Shown: positions 1-10,820 of the stretch, in pieces
How the letters are laid out: each line of letters begins with the position of its first letter
Numbering within the stretch: the first letter of the stretch is position 1
Translations under genes and position numbers: made by a program
NCBI GenBank assembly: GCA_963666835.2
Contig: CAXXGO010000001.1
Span: 1,824,001-1,888,000, forward strand
DNA length: 64,000 nt
Direction: 5' to 3'
Source: Phycisphaerae bacterium
GTDB taxonomy: Bacteria > Planctomycetota > Phycisphaerae > UBA1845
The notes under the pieces: model-generated
Seen by the model: only the letters and a program-made list of their open reading frames with translations
Databases searched by the model: none
Told to the model about the DNA's origin: nothing

Positions 1-195
1 TTGATTACCACAAATGACAACATTGCGGCACTGGGGTTCTACCAGAGGCGCGGCTGGCGGCTGGCCGCGTTGCACCGGAACGCCCTGGCGGAGTCGCGGC
101 GACTGAAACCCGAGATCCCGCTTCTCGGGTTGGACGGTATCCCGCTTCGTGACGAGATAGAACTCGAGCTGCCGTGCGACTCGCAGAGTGCTTAA
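1..195 (+). CDS. GNAT-family N-acetyltransferase, C-terminal fragment (gene starts before the window)
   Basis: ITTNDNIAALGFYQRRGW matches GNAT motif B (NxxAxxFYxxxG); stop at 193-195. Confidence 0.75.
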   Translation: MITTNDNIAALGFYQRRGWRLAALHRNALAESRRLKPEIPLLGLDGIPLRDEIELELPCDSQSA

Positions 196-807
196 CTTCC
201 CGTTACCTCGCCTGTGCGATAGCGCCGTACGGCGTCGTTTCACCCTAGTTATATTCAGAGGCGTCTGAGCTTCGACCTTTGAAAGGGCGAGCGGGTTGTA
301 GGCTAGCCAGGTGACAGTGCCTTTGCGCCGGTGCTGTTTGACTCCGCATTTGTTAAGAACCTGGCCGGATTGGCCCGCACCAAAAAAGGCAGTGACGGAT
401 GGCCTAAAGTGCCTGCGGAGCTTTTTCGGGCGACGAGGTTTGCAGCGATTATTATGGTAACTGCGGCCAGTATTCGCTAGGATGGCCGGTGTAGAGGTTC
501 GTGAGGTTGGAAGAGTTGCGCGGCTTGTGTTTTGGTGGCGGGAGGCTGGAGCGTCGCGGAGGAACGTCCCCGAGTCGGTTGTCTTGCGGTCGGCATTGTA
601 CACGGGCACTTCCCTGGTTGATATACGGACGTTGCCGAGGTAGTTGGGCCTGCTGCCGGTTTGGGTGCGGGCAGCGCCTGAGCCCCGGCTGGCGTGCGGA
701 GAACTTCGGCGATCCTCTTTTTGGGTTGGGTCAGACGGACAGGGATTCCATTGGTCAGTTTGAAGAGTGTTATGGTGATGGCGATACGAAACAGAGGCGG
801 GATCGAG

Positions 808-3800
808 ATGCGCGTGATCACGAGGGTTTTGCTGCTTGTGCTGCCGGTGCTTTTGGGTGTCGAGCGCGCGGCGGGGGCGGAGCCGGTTGTCTGGCGTTCG
901 GGAGCTGCGGAGATTGCCGATCGGATCGAGCGGACGTTACGGCGCAGGTATTAGCGCTGGCGGCGCGGTCCGATGAGCGACACGTGGTTGTGCAGTTCGA
1001 TGAGCCGGTAAGCGAGATCGATCGCGATCGAATGAGCCGGTCGGGTCTGACCCTTTTGCGTCCCTTGGGTAGCAATGCGTACTTCGCAGCAGTATCCGGA
1101 GAGACCGGCGTGTTGATGCCGGCGGATCTGGGGCTGGTGCGGGGGGTTCGGGCGGTTCAGCGCTCCTGGAAGTTGGCCCCTGCGATTCTGGCGGACCGGG
1201 TTCCCGATTGGGCGGTGGTTGCCGAAGACGCACGCGGCGATCGGATGGTGGGTGTATATGTTCTGTTTCACGCCGACGTTCCTTTGCGGTCTGAGGCGGC
1301 GGAGGCAGTTAAGCGACATGGCGGAGTCATCAGGGATACGCTGAACGTTGTGAACGGGTTGGTGGTGGAACTGCCGCTTTCCGAGGTTCGGTTGTTGGCG
1401 GATGAAGATGCGGTTCAGTGGATCGAATGGCCGTTACCGCCGATGAGCGTCGTCAACAACAGCAACCGCGCGCTGACCGGGGCTGATATCGTCAATGCAG
1501 CGCCCTACAACTTGGACGGCGACGGTATCACGGTAATGGTCTACGACGGCGGGACCGTTCGGGATACGCACGTGGATTTCGAAGGACGCGTGACGGTTCT
1601 GGACGGATCGGGCGAGCACGACCACCCCACGCATGTCGCCGGTACGGTCGGCGGGGCGGGGATCGCTAATTCGGCCCGCCGCGGGATGGCTCCGGAAGTT
1701 ACGATTCTGTCTTACGGCCTGGAGACCGATGGGACGGATATCTTCCTGTACAGCAATCCGGGTGACATTGAGGACGACTACACGGAAGCGATCTACACCT
1801 ACGGGGCGGACGTTTCGAACAACTCGATCGGTACCAACACGGAGCCGAACGGCTTCGATTGCGACATCCAGGGAGATTACGGGGTTACCGCCAATCTGAT
1901 CGACTCGATCGTTCGCGGAAGCCTCGGGGATCCTTTTCGAGTCATCTGGGCCAACGGTAACGAGCGGCAGGGGGACCGTTGCGACGTCGAGGGGTACGGC
2001 GACTACTACAGTACGGCTCCGCCCGCCGGGGCTAAGAATCACATTACGGTCGGTGCTATAAACTCCGATGACGAGAGCATGACCGATTTCAGTAGTTGGG
2101 GGCCGGTGGACGACGGGCGGCTTAAGCCCGACATCTCCGCCCCCGGCTGCGAGGTTGGTGATGATGGCGGCGTGACTTCCTGTTCCGCCTCCAGCGACAC
2201 CTCGTATACGACCATGTGCGGGACATCGATGGCCGCGCCGACCGTAACCGGTCTTACTGCTCTATTCCTGCAGGACTTCCGGGCCCAGTTCCCCGGTGTA
2301 CCTGATCCGCGGAACTCTACTCTCAAGGCGGTGTATGCTCAGACGGCGGTAGACCTGGGGGCCAACGGGCCGGACTACAAGTTCGGTTATGGATCGGTCC
2401 GCATTCAGGACGCCATTGATCTGATGCGTGACTCGGCGTTCATCGAACGGGACGTAAGCGACCATGAGATCTACACCTTCGAGATGGATGTAGAGGCCGG
2501 AACGCCGGAGCTGAAGATCACCTTGGCGTGGGATGACTACCCGGCGACACCGAATGTTGCCACGGCCTTGGTGAATGACCTTGATCTCCAGGTGTACAGT
2601 CCCTCGTCGACTCAATACTATCCGTGGACGTTGAATCCGTCATCGCCTTCCGTGCAAGCCTCGCGGACCCAGGCGGACCACGTCAACAACATCGAGCAGG
2701 TGTTGGTAGACAACCCCGAGGCGGGCCGCTGGACGGTCGAAGTATTCGGTTACTCGGTGCCGGAAGGGCCGCAACCGTTCTCGCTCGCCGGGGATGGCGT
2801 GGTCAACTCGGGGATGTGGATAACCGTGTCGGATGACCTGCCCGAAGTTGTCGCTCCGGGGGTCATCGAGAGTTTCGAAGTCCAGATTGCCACTTTGGGC
2901 GAAAGCTATGTGGCGGACAGCGGGACGTTGCACTATCGGTACGACGGCGGGACTTGGCAGACTTTGCCTCTGGTCTCGCTCGGATCAGGGCTCTTTCGGG
3001 CCGATCTTCCCGCACCGCAGTGCGGGGACACGCCTGAGTACTACGTCAGTGCGGAAGGAACCGTTAGCGGAGTCTCGACCAAACCCTCCAATGCGCCGGC
3101 CGCCACGTATTCGTTCCAAGTGGGCGAGTATGTCACGGTGCTGGAAGATGATTTCGAGACCGATATGGGCTGGACGGTCGATGCCGGGGCGAGCACCGGA
3201 AACTGGGAACGGGCCGATCCCGAGGAAGTGACTTCCGGCTGGCTCAATCCGGTGATCACTCAACCGGAGGACGATCATACGTCGACGGGAACGCTCTGCT
3301 ACGTTACGCAAGCCGCGGCCGGGTCGGGGGCTGGGAGCTACGATGTGGACGGCGGTCCGTCGCATCTTACTTCGCCGATGCTGGATCTGACCGCCGGAGA
3401 CCCATACGTCAGCTACTGGCGTTGGTACCACATAAGTACGGAGATTGATGACTCGTTGGTGGTAGCCATCTCCAACAACGACGGAGCCGATTGGGTTACG
3501 GTCGAGACCATCTCCGCCCGGCAAACCTGGACGTACGCCGAGTGGCGGGCGGCCGACTATGTAACGCCGACGACGGAAGGCCGAGTGCGATTCACGGTGA
3601 ACGACACCGATCCCGGCTCGCTTATCGAGTCGTTAATCGACGACTTCACGGTAAGGAGTTTCCAGTGCATCTCATCGGAGAGTTGCACGGACGGGATCCA
3701 GAATCAGGGTGAGGATCGCATCGACTGCGGCGGACCGTGCCCGGCGTGCGAGTGTACATCGGATGCGGCTTGCAGCGACGGGGCGTTCTGCACAGGGGTC

Positions 3801-5186
3801 GAGACCTGCGATTCCTACGGGAACTGCCTGGCCGGTAGCGATCCGTGTCCGGGGCAGTCCTGTGACGAAGTGAGTGACACCTGTGTGGCATGCGAGAACG
3901 ACGGCGATTGCGACAACGGCCTATTCTGCGACGGCGTGGAGACTTGCGATGGCTCCGGGGTTTGCCAGCCCGGCGCAACGGTTGATTGCGACGATGCCGT
4001 GGATTGCACGGACGATTCGTGCAACGAGACGACCGATACTTGCGACAACATTCCGAATGACAGCCTCTGCAATAACGGGTCATATTGCGATGGGGTCGAG
4101 ACCTGTCACGTCACTCTGGGATGTCAAGCCGGTACCGAGGTAGATTGCGACGACCTGGTTGATTGTACGGACGACTCCTGCAGTGACGCTCTTGCTTCGT
4201 GCCAGAACATCCCGAATGACGGGCTCTGTGACAACGGGGAGTTCTGCGACGGAACGGAGACGTGCGATCCGGTAGTCGGTTGTGAAGACGGAGCTATGCC
4301 GTGCGTGCCGGAACAGATGTGCCGTGAGTCGGACGACCAGTGCGTTGACTGCCTGGACAATTCGGATTGTGAGGACGGAGATCCCTGCACCGGTGAGGAA
4401 GTATGTGACCCCGACGGGACGTGCGGGCACGTCCTGGCGGCGGACTGTAACGCCAACGGCGTTGAGGATTCGTGCGATATTGACGCCGGCACCAGTGAAG
4501 ATTGTAACGTGAACGGTGTGCCGGATGAATGTGATGTGAGTGGGGGAGGTTCTTCTGATACGAACGGCAACGGCGTTCCCGACGAGTGTGAGGTCAACCC
4601 CCCGGTTGGTGCTCCGTCGCCGTATGACACGACTACGAATCGCTATATCTCCTTCGCTCCGAATAACACCACGATAAACGCGGCGCTGCGCGTTGTGATG
4701 ACCGCCAGCGATTTCTTCCCGGAATCAATCGGTACGGTTGGATGGGTGGGCGAGCCCGATGCAGAGGGGATTGCCCGGATTATCGACGAAGCCCATTACA
4801 GCAACTCTTGGCCCGCGGTGGTGCATGTAGGGGATTGCCAGATAGTCCCGGCGGCGGCGTACGAGGTGGCGGCTACTTCTGATGGAGGGTCGTTCAGCAG
4901 CGCGCTGGCGGTGAGTACCACCCCCCAGCCTGCGGCCAAGTATTGGACCGACTGCGTTGGAGAATTCACCGGGGTCTGGGGGCCGCCCAACGGGTTGGTG
5001 AACTTGAATGACATGATGGCCGCAATTCAGAAGTTCCAGCACTCTTCGACTGCGCCGCCGCTTACGTGGGTCGACGTGGACGGGGTAGTGCCGAACACCA
5101 TTTTGAATATGACCGATGTCCAGGTGATTGTGAACGGCTTCAAGGGCGAGCCTTACCCGTTCGATGACCCGGCGGATTGCCCCTAG
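808..5186 (+). CDS. Giant secreted S8 (subtilisin-like) serine protease with Cys-rich repeats and a conserved C-terminal domain; apparent 1-nt frameshift near 917-924
   Basis: Catalytic triad motifs VYDGG, HPTHVAGT and CGTSMAAP lie in ORF 501..5186. The signal peptide (MRVITRVLLLVLPVLLGVERAAGA-EPVVWRSG, ATG at 808 after GAGG) lies in the neighbouring frame and matches the downstream paralog's WRSG N-terminus. Confidence 0.85.
3987..4301 (+). repeat. Two in-frame 159-bp (53-aa, 8-Cys) repeats in S8 protease 1
   Basis: Units CDDxVDCTDDSC...CDNGxxCDGxETC start at 3987 and 4146. Confidence 0.85.
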
Positions 5187-5250
5187 AGGGATTGCGCCAG
5201 GCGCGCCGGCGCGAGGTTGCCGGGCTTAGGCCGGTTGCCCGCTAACAAGG

Positions 5251-8200
5251 ATGGGTTGCAAGATGATCAGAACGACAAACGGAGGCCTGCTTCTGCCGGC
5301 CAATGCGATAATGTTCGTTGTGCTTGTTCTCGCGGCTCCCGTCCTGGGCAGCGGAAGGGTGATAGAGTGGCGCTCGGGCGCCGTGCAGATGGGCGAGCCG
5401 AGTACGGCCGACCTGGCGACCGCGATATCCGGCTTAGCCGCGCGCCCCGATGCCAGCCATGTTGTCGTGCAGTTTCGGCAGCCCGTCGGATCAACCGTCC
5501 GCCGGCTTTCTTCCGAAGCGGGTATGACGCTCTTAAGTTACCTGGGCAACCACGCGTTCTTCGCGTCGTTCGCCGCCGATGTTGATGAACAAGCCGTCAG
5601 CATGCTTCCGTGTCTGAAAGATGTGCGGAGCATTGACCGGTCATGGAAACTCGATAGCAGGATCGTCTCCGGCAGCATACCGGAGTGGGCCGTAGTATCC
5701 GATACGGCCGCAGGCAAGCTGGTAGCGGTATACGTGTTGTTTCATCCGGATGTGAATCTGGCTACCGATGCCGTGGCGGTTGCGCAGGAGCACGGCGGGA
5801 CTGTTCGCGACGAACTTCGGTCGATAAACGTGCTGGTGGTGGAGCTGCCGGAGTCCGAAATCGAGGCTCTGGCGGATGAGGATGCCGTCCAGTGGATTGA
5901 ATGGCCGTTGCCGCTGATGGGCGACCTCAACGACGGTAGCCGCGCGAGTACGCAGGCCGATGTCGTGCAAGCCCCGCCGTATGACCTTGACGGGACGGGG
6001 GTGACCGTGCTGGTATACGACAGCAGGTCCGCCCGAGCCACGCACGTGGATTTCGAGGGGCGGCTGACGGTCGGAGACAGCACGACCACTTCCGACCACG
6101 CCACTCATGTTGCCGGTACGATCGGGGGCGCGGGCATAGCCGATTCGACATATCGGGGAATGGCGCCGGGGGTCGACATGTTGTCTTACGGCAATGAACG
6201 CGACTTCTTCACGGGTATACTCCTTTACAGCAATCCCGGCGATCTCGAAGACGACTACGATGAGGCAATCAACACCTATGGAGCCGACATCTCCAATAAC
6301 TCAATCGGCACCAATGTTGAGAACAACGGGTTTGACTGCGCTATTCAAGGGGATTACGGCATCACGGCCGCGTTGCTCGACTCGATCGTTGCCGGGAGTC
6401 TGGGCGATCCGTTTCGGATAGTCTGGTCCGCGGGCAACGAAAGGAGCGGAGATCGTTGTGATGTTGAAGGATACGGCGACTACTACAGCACCGCTCCTCC
6501 GGCCGGGGCCAAGAACCCCATTAGTGTCGGTGCGATTAACTCCAACGATGAGTCCATGACGGATTTCAGTAGTTGGGGACCGCTGGATGACGGGCGAACC
6601 AAGCCGGACGTTTGCGCGCCAGGTTGCCAAACCGACGGGGATCTCGGAGTTACTTCGTGTTCGTCGAGCAGTGACACGGCTTATCGATCCGCGTGCGGGA
6701 CCTCGATGGCCGCCCCCGCCACGTGCGGCCTGTGTGCGTTGCTGATGCAGGACTTCAGGAGTTTCTTTCCGACCCAGCCGGACCCGCGCAATTCCACCTT
6801 GAAGGCCCTGCTGGTTCATAATGCCGACGACTTCGGCGCCGTCGGACCCGACTACCAGTATGGGTATGGGGTCGTCCGCATTCAAGAGACTATCGACTAT
6901 ATGCGGATAGGCAACTTCCTGGAGGATGAGTTGGTCCAGGGAGAGACATTCATCACCTGGGTATCCGTCGAGGCCGGAGATGAACTGAAGGTAACCGTGG
7001 CGTGGGATGATGCTGCCGGGGCGCCCAATGTGGTGCCGGCGTTGGTGAACGACCTTGACCTTCGGGTGTACGATTCCTCGGGCGTGCAATATTACCCGTG
7101 GACTCTGGATCCGACCGTGCCTGCTGATCCGGCCGTTCGAATCCAAGCCGACCGGGTCAACAATATCGAGCAGGTTGTCGTTGATGCCCCGGCGGCGGGT
7201 CTTTGGCGGGTTGAGGTAGTCGGTTTTGATGTTCCTCAGGGCCCGCAGTCGTTTACGTTGGCGGCGTCCCCGCAGTTGGTCTCCTGTTCATCCCAGGGGG
7301 CGGTGCTCTTCGGAGCCCAGCGGTACGGCTGCACGGCTACGGCGCACGTTCGGGTGGTCGATTGTGACCTGAATGCTAATCCGAGCGTTGCCGAGACGGT
7401 TACCGTATCGGTGGCGTCGCCGACGGAGCCGGGTGGGGAGACTGTTCTTCTGACCGAGACCGGATCGGATACGTCGGATTTCCGTGGAACAGTGCAGCTC
7501 GACGTGGTCGATGCCTCCGGGGTGCTTCAGGTTGCAGAAGGAGACACTGTAAACGCAGTGTACATTGACGCCGACGATGGACTGGGTGGGGTGGGCGTTC
7601 CCGTGGAGGCCACTATGACCGTGGATTGCCTGGGTCCGCAGATCTCCAATGTTCACGTGCCTGAAATCGATACTTTCACGGCCACGGTGAGTTTCGAGAC
7701 CGACGAGCGCGCCGTGGGTACCGTATGGTACGGCTCCACATGCGAGACCCTGAACAAGTCGGTCGTCGAGCCCTACCCGCGGACGTCTCACGATGTCGTC
7801 TTGACCGGGCTAAGCCACGGGACTCCCTATTACTACGCAATTGAGGCCGAGGATGAGCAGGGCAACGAATCGGGCGACGATAACTCGGGCAGTTGTTACA
7901 GCTTCTGTACGCGCGAGATTGTTTATACTTATTCGCTGAATTCGAATCCGGGCTGGACCAGTGAGGGGAACTGGGGCTACGGACAACCGCTTGGGGGCGG
8001 GAGTCACAACGGGGATCCCACTGCAGGTTACACGGGCTGGTTTGTATATGGGTACAACCTGTCGGGCGACTATGAAAATGACCTGCCCGCAACCTATCTC
8101 ACCACGGCGGCCATCGATTGTAGCGGGACAACGAACACGGCGCTGCGGTTCCGGCGGTGGTTGGGAATCGAAAGCGCGGACTACGGGGATGGGGCGACGA

Positions 8201-10416
8201 TCGAAGTTTCGGATGACGGGCTTGTCTGGGATGTTGTGTGGGATCACACGGGTTCTGCGATAAATGAATCATCCTGGTCGCTTCAGACTTTGGATATTTC
8301 CGCGGTCGCCGACGGTGAATCGCAGGTCTACATTCGCTGGGGGATGGGACCGACCGGTTGGTTTGTTACATACCCGGGCTGGAACATCGACGACGTTCAG
8401 ATCATCGCCGACGGGTCCGTTTTGGAGCCGACATGTAGCGACAGCGTGCAGAACCAGGGTGAAGATCGTATCGACTGCGGAGGACCATGCGCGCCGTGCG
8501 AGTGTACATCTGATGCAGCTTGCAGCGACGGGGCGTTCTGTACCGGGAACGAGACCTGTGATGCGTTCGGACATTGTCTGGCGGGCGAGGACCCTTGCCC
8601 GGGGCTGATGTGCGACGAAGTGAGTGACGTTTGTGTGGAATGTCTGTCCGACGAAGATTGTGCTGACGAGTTCTTCTGCAACGGGGAGGAGACGTGCGAT
8701 GCGGAAGGGGATTGCCAGCCCGGTACCGCGGTAAACTGCAACGACGGCGTGTCATGCACGGTCGATTCATGTAACGAGGGGACGGACTCGTGTGATAACG
8801 TCGCGGACGACGCGTTGTGCGACAACGGTCTTTATTGCGACGGAACGGAAACATGCGACCAGGTGCAGGATTGTCAGGACGGTACCCCGATCGACTGCAA
8901 TGACGGCGTCGATTGTACGCTCGACCATTGTATCGAGGAGACGGATAGTTGCGAGAATGTTCCTAATGACGGGGCGTGCGATAACGGCCTATACTGCGAT
9001 GGAAACGAAACGTGTGATCCGATCCTTGATTGTCTCAGTGGGACGGCGGTTGACTGTAGCGACGAACACGAGTGCACGATCGATTCCTGCAACGAACTGA
9101 CTGATTCCTGTGATAATGTGCCGGATGACGAGCTGTGCAGTAACGGGGTTTATTGTGACGGGGCCGAGACGTGCAATCCTCTGCTGGGATGCCAGGCCGG
9201 CGCGTGGGTCAACTGTTACGACGGAGTGAGTTGCACGGTAGACTCCTGCAATGAAACGACCGATTCCTGCGACAACGTGCCCGACGATGAGGCGTGCAGC
9301 AACGGCATATTCTGTGATGGGGTGGAGATCTGCGACCCGATACTCGGCTGTCTGAGCGGGCCGGAGGTCGATTGCGCCGATGAGGTGAATTGCACCGTCG
9401 ACTTCTGCGATGAGGCGACCGAGACGTGTAAGAACCTGCCTGACGACGATTACTGTGCTGATCCGTTCTACTGCAATGGGGTGGAAACGTGCGACGTCGT
9501 AGAGGGGTGTCTGCCCGGGAGTAATCCGTGCCCGCCGGAGGAGTTCTGTCGGGAGTCTGACCACATGTGTGTCGAGTGCCTGATGGACTCCGACTGCGAT
9601 GACGAGGATCCCTGCACGGGGAACGAAGCGTGCGATCCTGACGGAATTTGCCTGCGGGTCGTAGTCCACGACTGCAATGGAAACAGCCTCGAAGATTTTT
9701 GCGATATTGACGCCGGGACCAGCGAAGACTGCAACGTCAACGAGGTTCCTGACGAATGCGATATCGGTCAGGGTACGTCAGCCGACAGTAACGGGGACGG
9801 CGTGCCGGATGAGTGTGAGTTGCAGCCGCCCAGCGCGGCGCCGGTTCCGCACGACATTACGAAGAACCGCTATATCTCGCTTGTGCCGAATAATGGGACC
9901 GTGGCGGTGGCTATCGCGGTCGAAGCGACGGCCTGCGAATTCGCCCCGGAGTCGATTGGTTTTCTGGGCTGGATCGGCGAGCCGAATGGCGATGATGTTG
10001 CCCGAGTCGCTGATGAGCCGGTCTACCGGGTTTGGGGCGATCAAGTCCATCACGTGAGCGATTGCCAGATCGTGCCGGCCGCAACGTACAGTCTACGAAC
10101 CACGCCGGATGGGGTTACGTTCAGTGATCCACTGGTCGTGCAAACGACTCCCGAACCTTTGCCGAAACACTGGGCGGACTGCGTCGGCGAGCTGGTCAAC
10201 GGCAACTGGACACCCCCGAACGGGTTCGTCAATACGGCGGATATTATGGCGATCATCCAGGCCTTCGAGTTCGTGCCCACGGCCCCCGATCCAAAGAGGG
10301 TTGATCTCGATCCCGAGGTTACCAACGCCGTAATCAACATGACCGACGTCTCCATGGTCGTTCAGGGCTTCAAGGGTATGAGCTACCCCTTCAACGCTCC
10401 GTTGGACTGCCCGTAG
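5251..10416 (+). CDS. Giant secreted S8 serine protease (paralog 2) with FN3-like and adhesin/MAM-like domains, Cys-rich repeats and the same C-terminal domain
   Basis: Triad motifs VYDSR, HATHVAGT and CGTSMAAP; hydrophobic N-terminal signal segment; colinear with the upstream paralog. The exact start codon is uncertain (5251 or a nearby downstream ATG). Confidence 0.9.
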   Translation: MGCKMIRTTNGGLLLPANAIMFVVLVLAAPVLGSGRVIEWRSGAVQMGEPSTADLATAISGLAARPDASHVVVQFRQPVGSTVRRLSSEAGMTLLSYLGNHAFFASFAADVDEQAVSMLPCLKDVRSIDRSWKLDSRIVSGSIPEWAVVSDTAAGKLVAVYVLFHPDVNLATDAVAVAQEHGGTVRDELRSINVLVVELPESEIEALADEDAVQWIEWPLPLMGDLNDGSRASTQADVVQAPPYDLDGTGVTVLVYDSRSARATHVDFEGRLTVGDSTTTSDHATHVAGTIGGAGIADSTYRGMAPGVDMLSYGNERDFFTGILLYSNPGDLEDDYDEAINTYGADISNNSIGTNVENNGFDCAIQGDYGITAALLDSIVAGSLGDPFRIVWSAGNERSGDRCDVEGYGDYYSTAPPAGAKNPISVGAINSNDESMTDFSSWGPLDDGRTKPDVCAPGCQTDGDLGVTSCSSSSDTAYRSACGTSMAAPATCGLCALLMQDFRSFFPTQPDPRNSTLKALLVHNADDFGAVGPDYQYGYGVVRIQETIDYMRIGNFLEDELVQGETFITWVSVEAGDELKVTVAWDDAAGAPNVVPALVNDLDLRVYDSSGVQYYPWTLDPTVPADPAVRIQADRVNNIEQVVVDAPAAGLWRVEVVGFDVPQGPQSFTLAASPQLVSCSSQGAVLFGAQRYGCTATAHVRVVDCDLNANPSVAETVTVSVASPTEPGGETVLLTETGSDTSDFRGTVQLDVVDASGVLQVAEGDTVNAVYIDADDGLGGVGVPVEATMTVDCLGPQISNVHVPEIDTFTATVSFETDERAVGTVWYGSTCETLNKSVVEPYPRTSHDVVLTGLSHGTPYYYAIEAEDEQGNESGDDNSGSCYSFCTREIVYTYSLNSNPGWTSEGNWGYGQPLGGGSHNGDPTAGYTGWFVYGYNLSGDYENDLPATYLTTAAIDCSGTTNTALRFRRWLGIESADYGDGATIEVSDDGLVWDVVWDHTGSAINESSWSLQTLDISAVADGESQVYIRWGMGPTGWFVTYPGWNIDDVQIIADGSVLEPTCSDSVQNQGEDRIDCGGPCAPCECTSDAACSDGAFCTGNETCDAFGHCLAGEDPCPGLMCDEVSDVCVECLSDEDCADEFFCNGEETCDAEGDCQPGTAVNCNDGVSCTVDSCNEGTDSCDNVADDALCDNGLYCDGTETCDQVQDCQDGTPIDCNDGVDCTLDHCIEETDSCENVPNDGACDNGLYCDGNETCDPILDCLSGTAVDCSDEHECTIDSCNELTDSCDNVPDDELCSNGVYCDGAETCNPLLGCQAGAWVNCYDGVSCTVDSCNETTDSCDNVPDDEACSNGIFCDGVEICDPILGCLSGPEVDCADEVNCTVDFCDEATETCKNLPDDDYCADPFYCNGVETCDVVEGCLPGSNPCPPEEFCRESDHMCVECLMDSDCDDEDPCTGNEACDPDGICLRVVVHDCNGNSLEDFCDIDAGTSEDCNVNEVPDECDIGQGTSADSNGDGVPDECELQPPSAAPVPHDITKNRYISLVPNNGTVAVAIAVEATACEFAPESIGFLGWIGEPNGDDVARVADEPVYRVWGDQVHHVSDCQIVPAATYSLRTTPDGVTFSDPLVVQTTPEPLPKHWADCVGELVNGNWTPPNGFVNTADIMAIIQAFEFVPTAPDPKRVDLDPEVTNAVINMTDVSMVVQGFKGMSYPFNAPLDCP
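8737..9528 (+). repeat. Five in-frame 159-bp (53-aa, 8-Cys) repeats in S8 protease 2
   Basis: First-Cys codons at 8737, 8896, 9055, 9214 and 9373, an exact 159-bp period. Confidence 0.9.
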
Positions 10417-10663
10417 ACCTTGGACGCCACGCGGGCGATCATTCGAGTTCGGCGTAGAGCCCCCGCATCCCTCGAGAGCGTATATCCTTGACGGCAGCGA
10501 CCCGTTCGCGAGCGCAGCGGCCCATTGGATGGGGCTTCCGCGAATCGGGGATTCGCGGTAGGATGCTCCGGTGCGGTCGAGAGCTGCGCGGACTGCGGCG
10601 GCGAGACCGCATCTTGCCCGATCCCGTCTGGTGCGGCGGCTCCGGCAAGATGGGGCAAGATGC

Positions 10664-10736
10664 GGGCCTGTAGCTCAGCGGTTAGAGCAGGCGACTCATA
10701 ATCGCTTGGTCGGGGGTTCGAATCCCTCCAGGCCCA
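10664..10736 (+). tRNA. tRNA-Ile2 (anticodon CAT, lysidine-modified type); CCA not encoded
   Basis: Cloverleaf with GGGCCTG/CAGGCCC acceptor stem, D arm GCTC/GAGC, anticodon arm GGCGA-CTCATAA-TCGCT and T loop TTCGAAT. The anticodon arm matches the bacterial Ile2 (ileX) type and lacks the initiator GGG/CCC stem. Confidence 0.92.
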
Positions 10737-10820
10737 TTTTGTCCAGCCGTGCGGGGCGGATAACCGTGTCGTTCAGGCGGAGGACATGATGGAGTTCCAC
10801 CGGCACGCCGCGATGGATCG

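Noticed and set aside
501..807. N-terminal extensions in the ORF track (501-807, 16773-17276, 16948-17247, 54979-55368)
   Set aside because: They encode implausible sequence upstream of better starts that have ribosome-binding sites or signal peptides.
3690..8560. Similar DNA segments at about 3700-3810 and 8450-8560 as a diversity-generating retroelement TR/VR pair
   Set aside because: Both lie in coding paralogs, the differences are mostly synonymous rather than adenine-specific, and there is no reverse transcriptase.
10664..10736. tRNA-Met assignment, and the tRNA as an integration site
   Set aside because: The anticodon arm matches the Ile2 type and initiator features are absent; I saw no integrase and no duplicated tRNA 3' end in the window.
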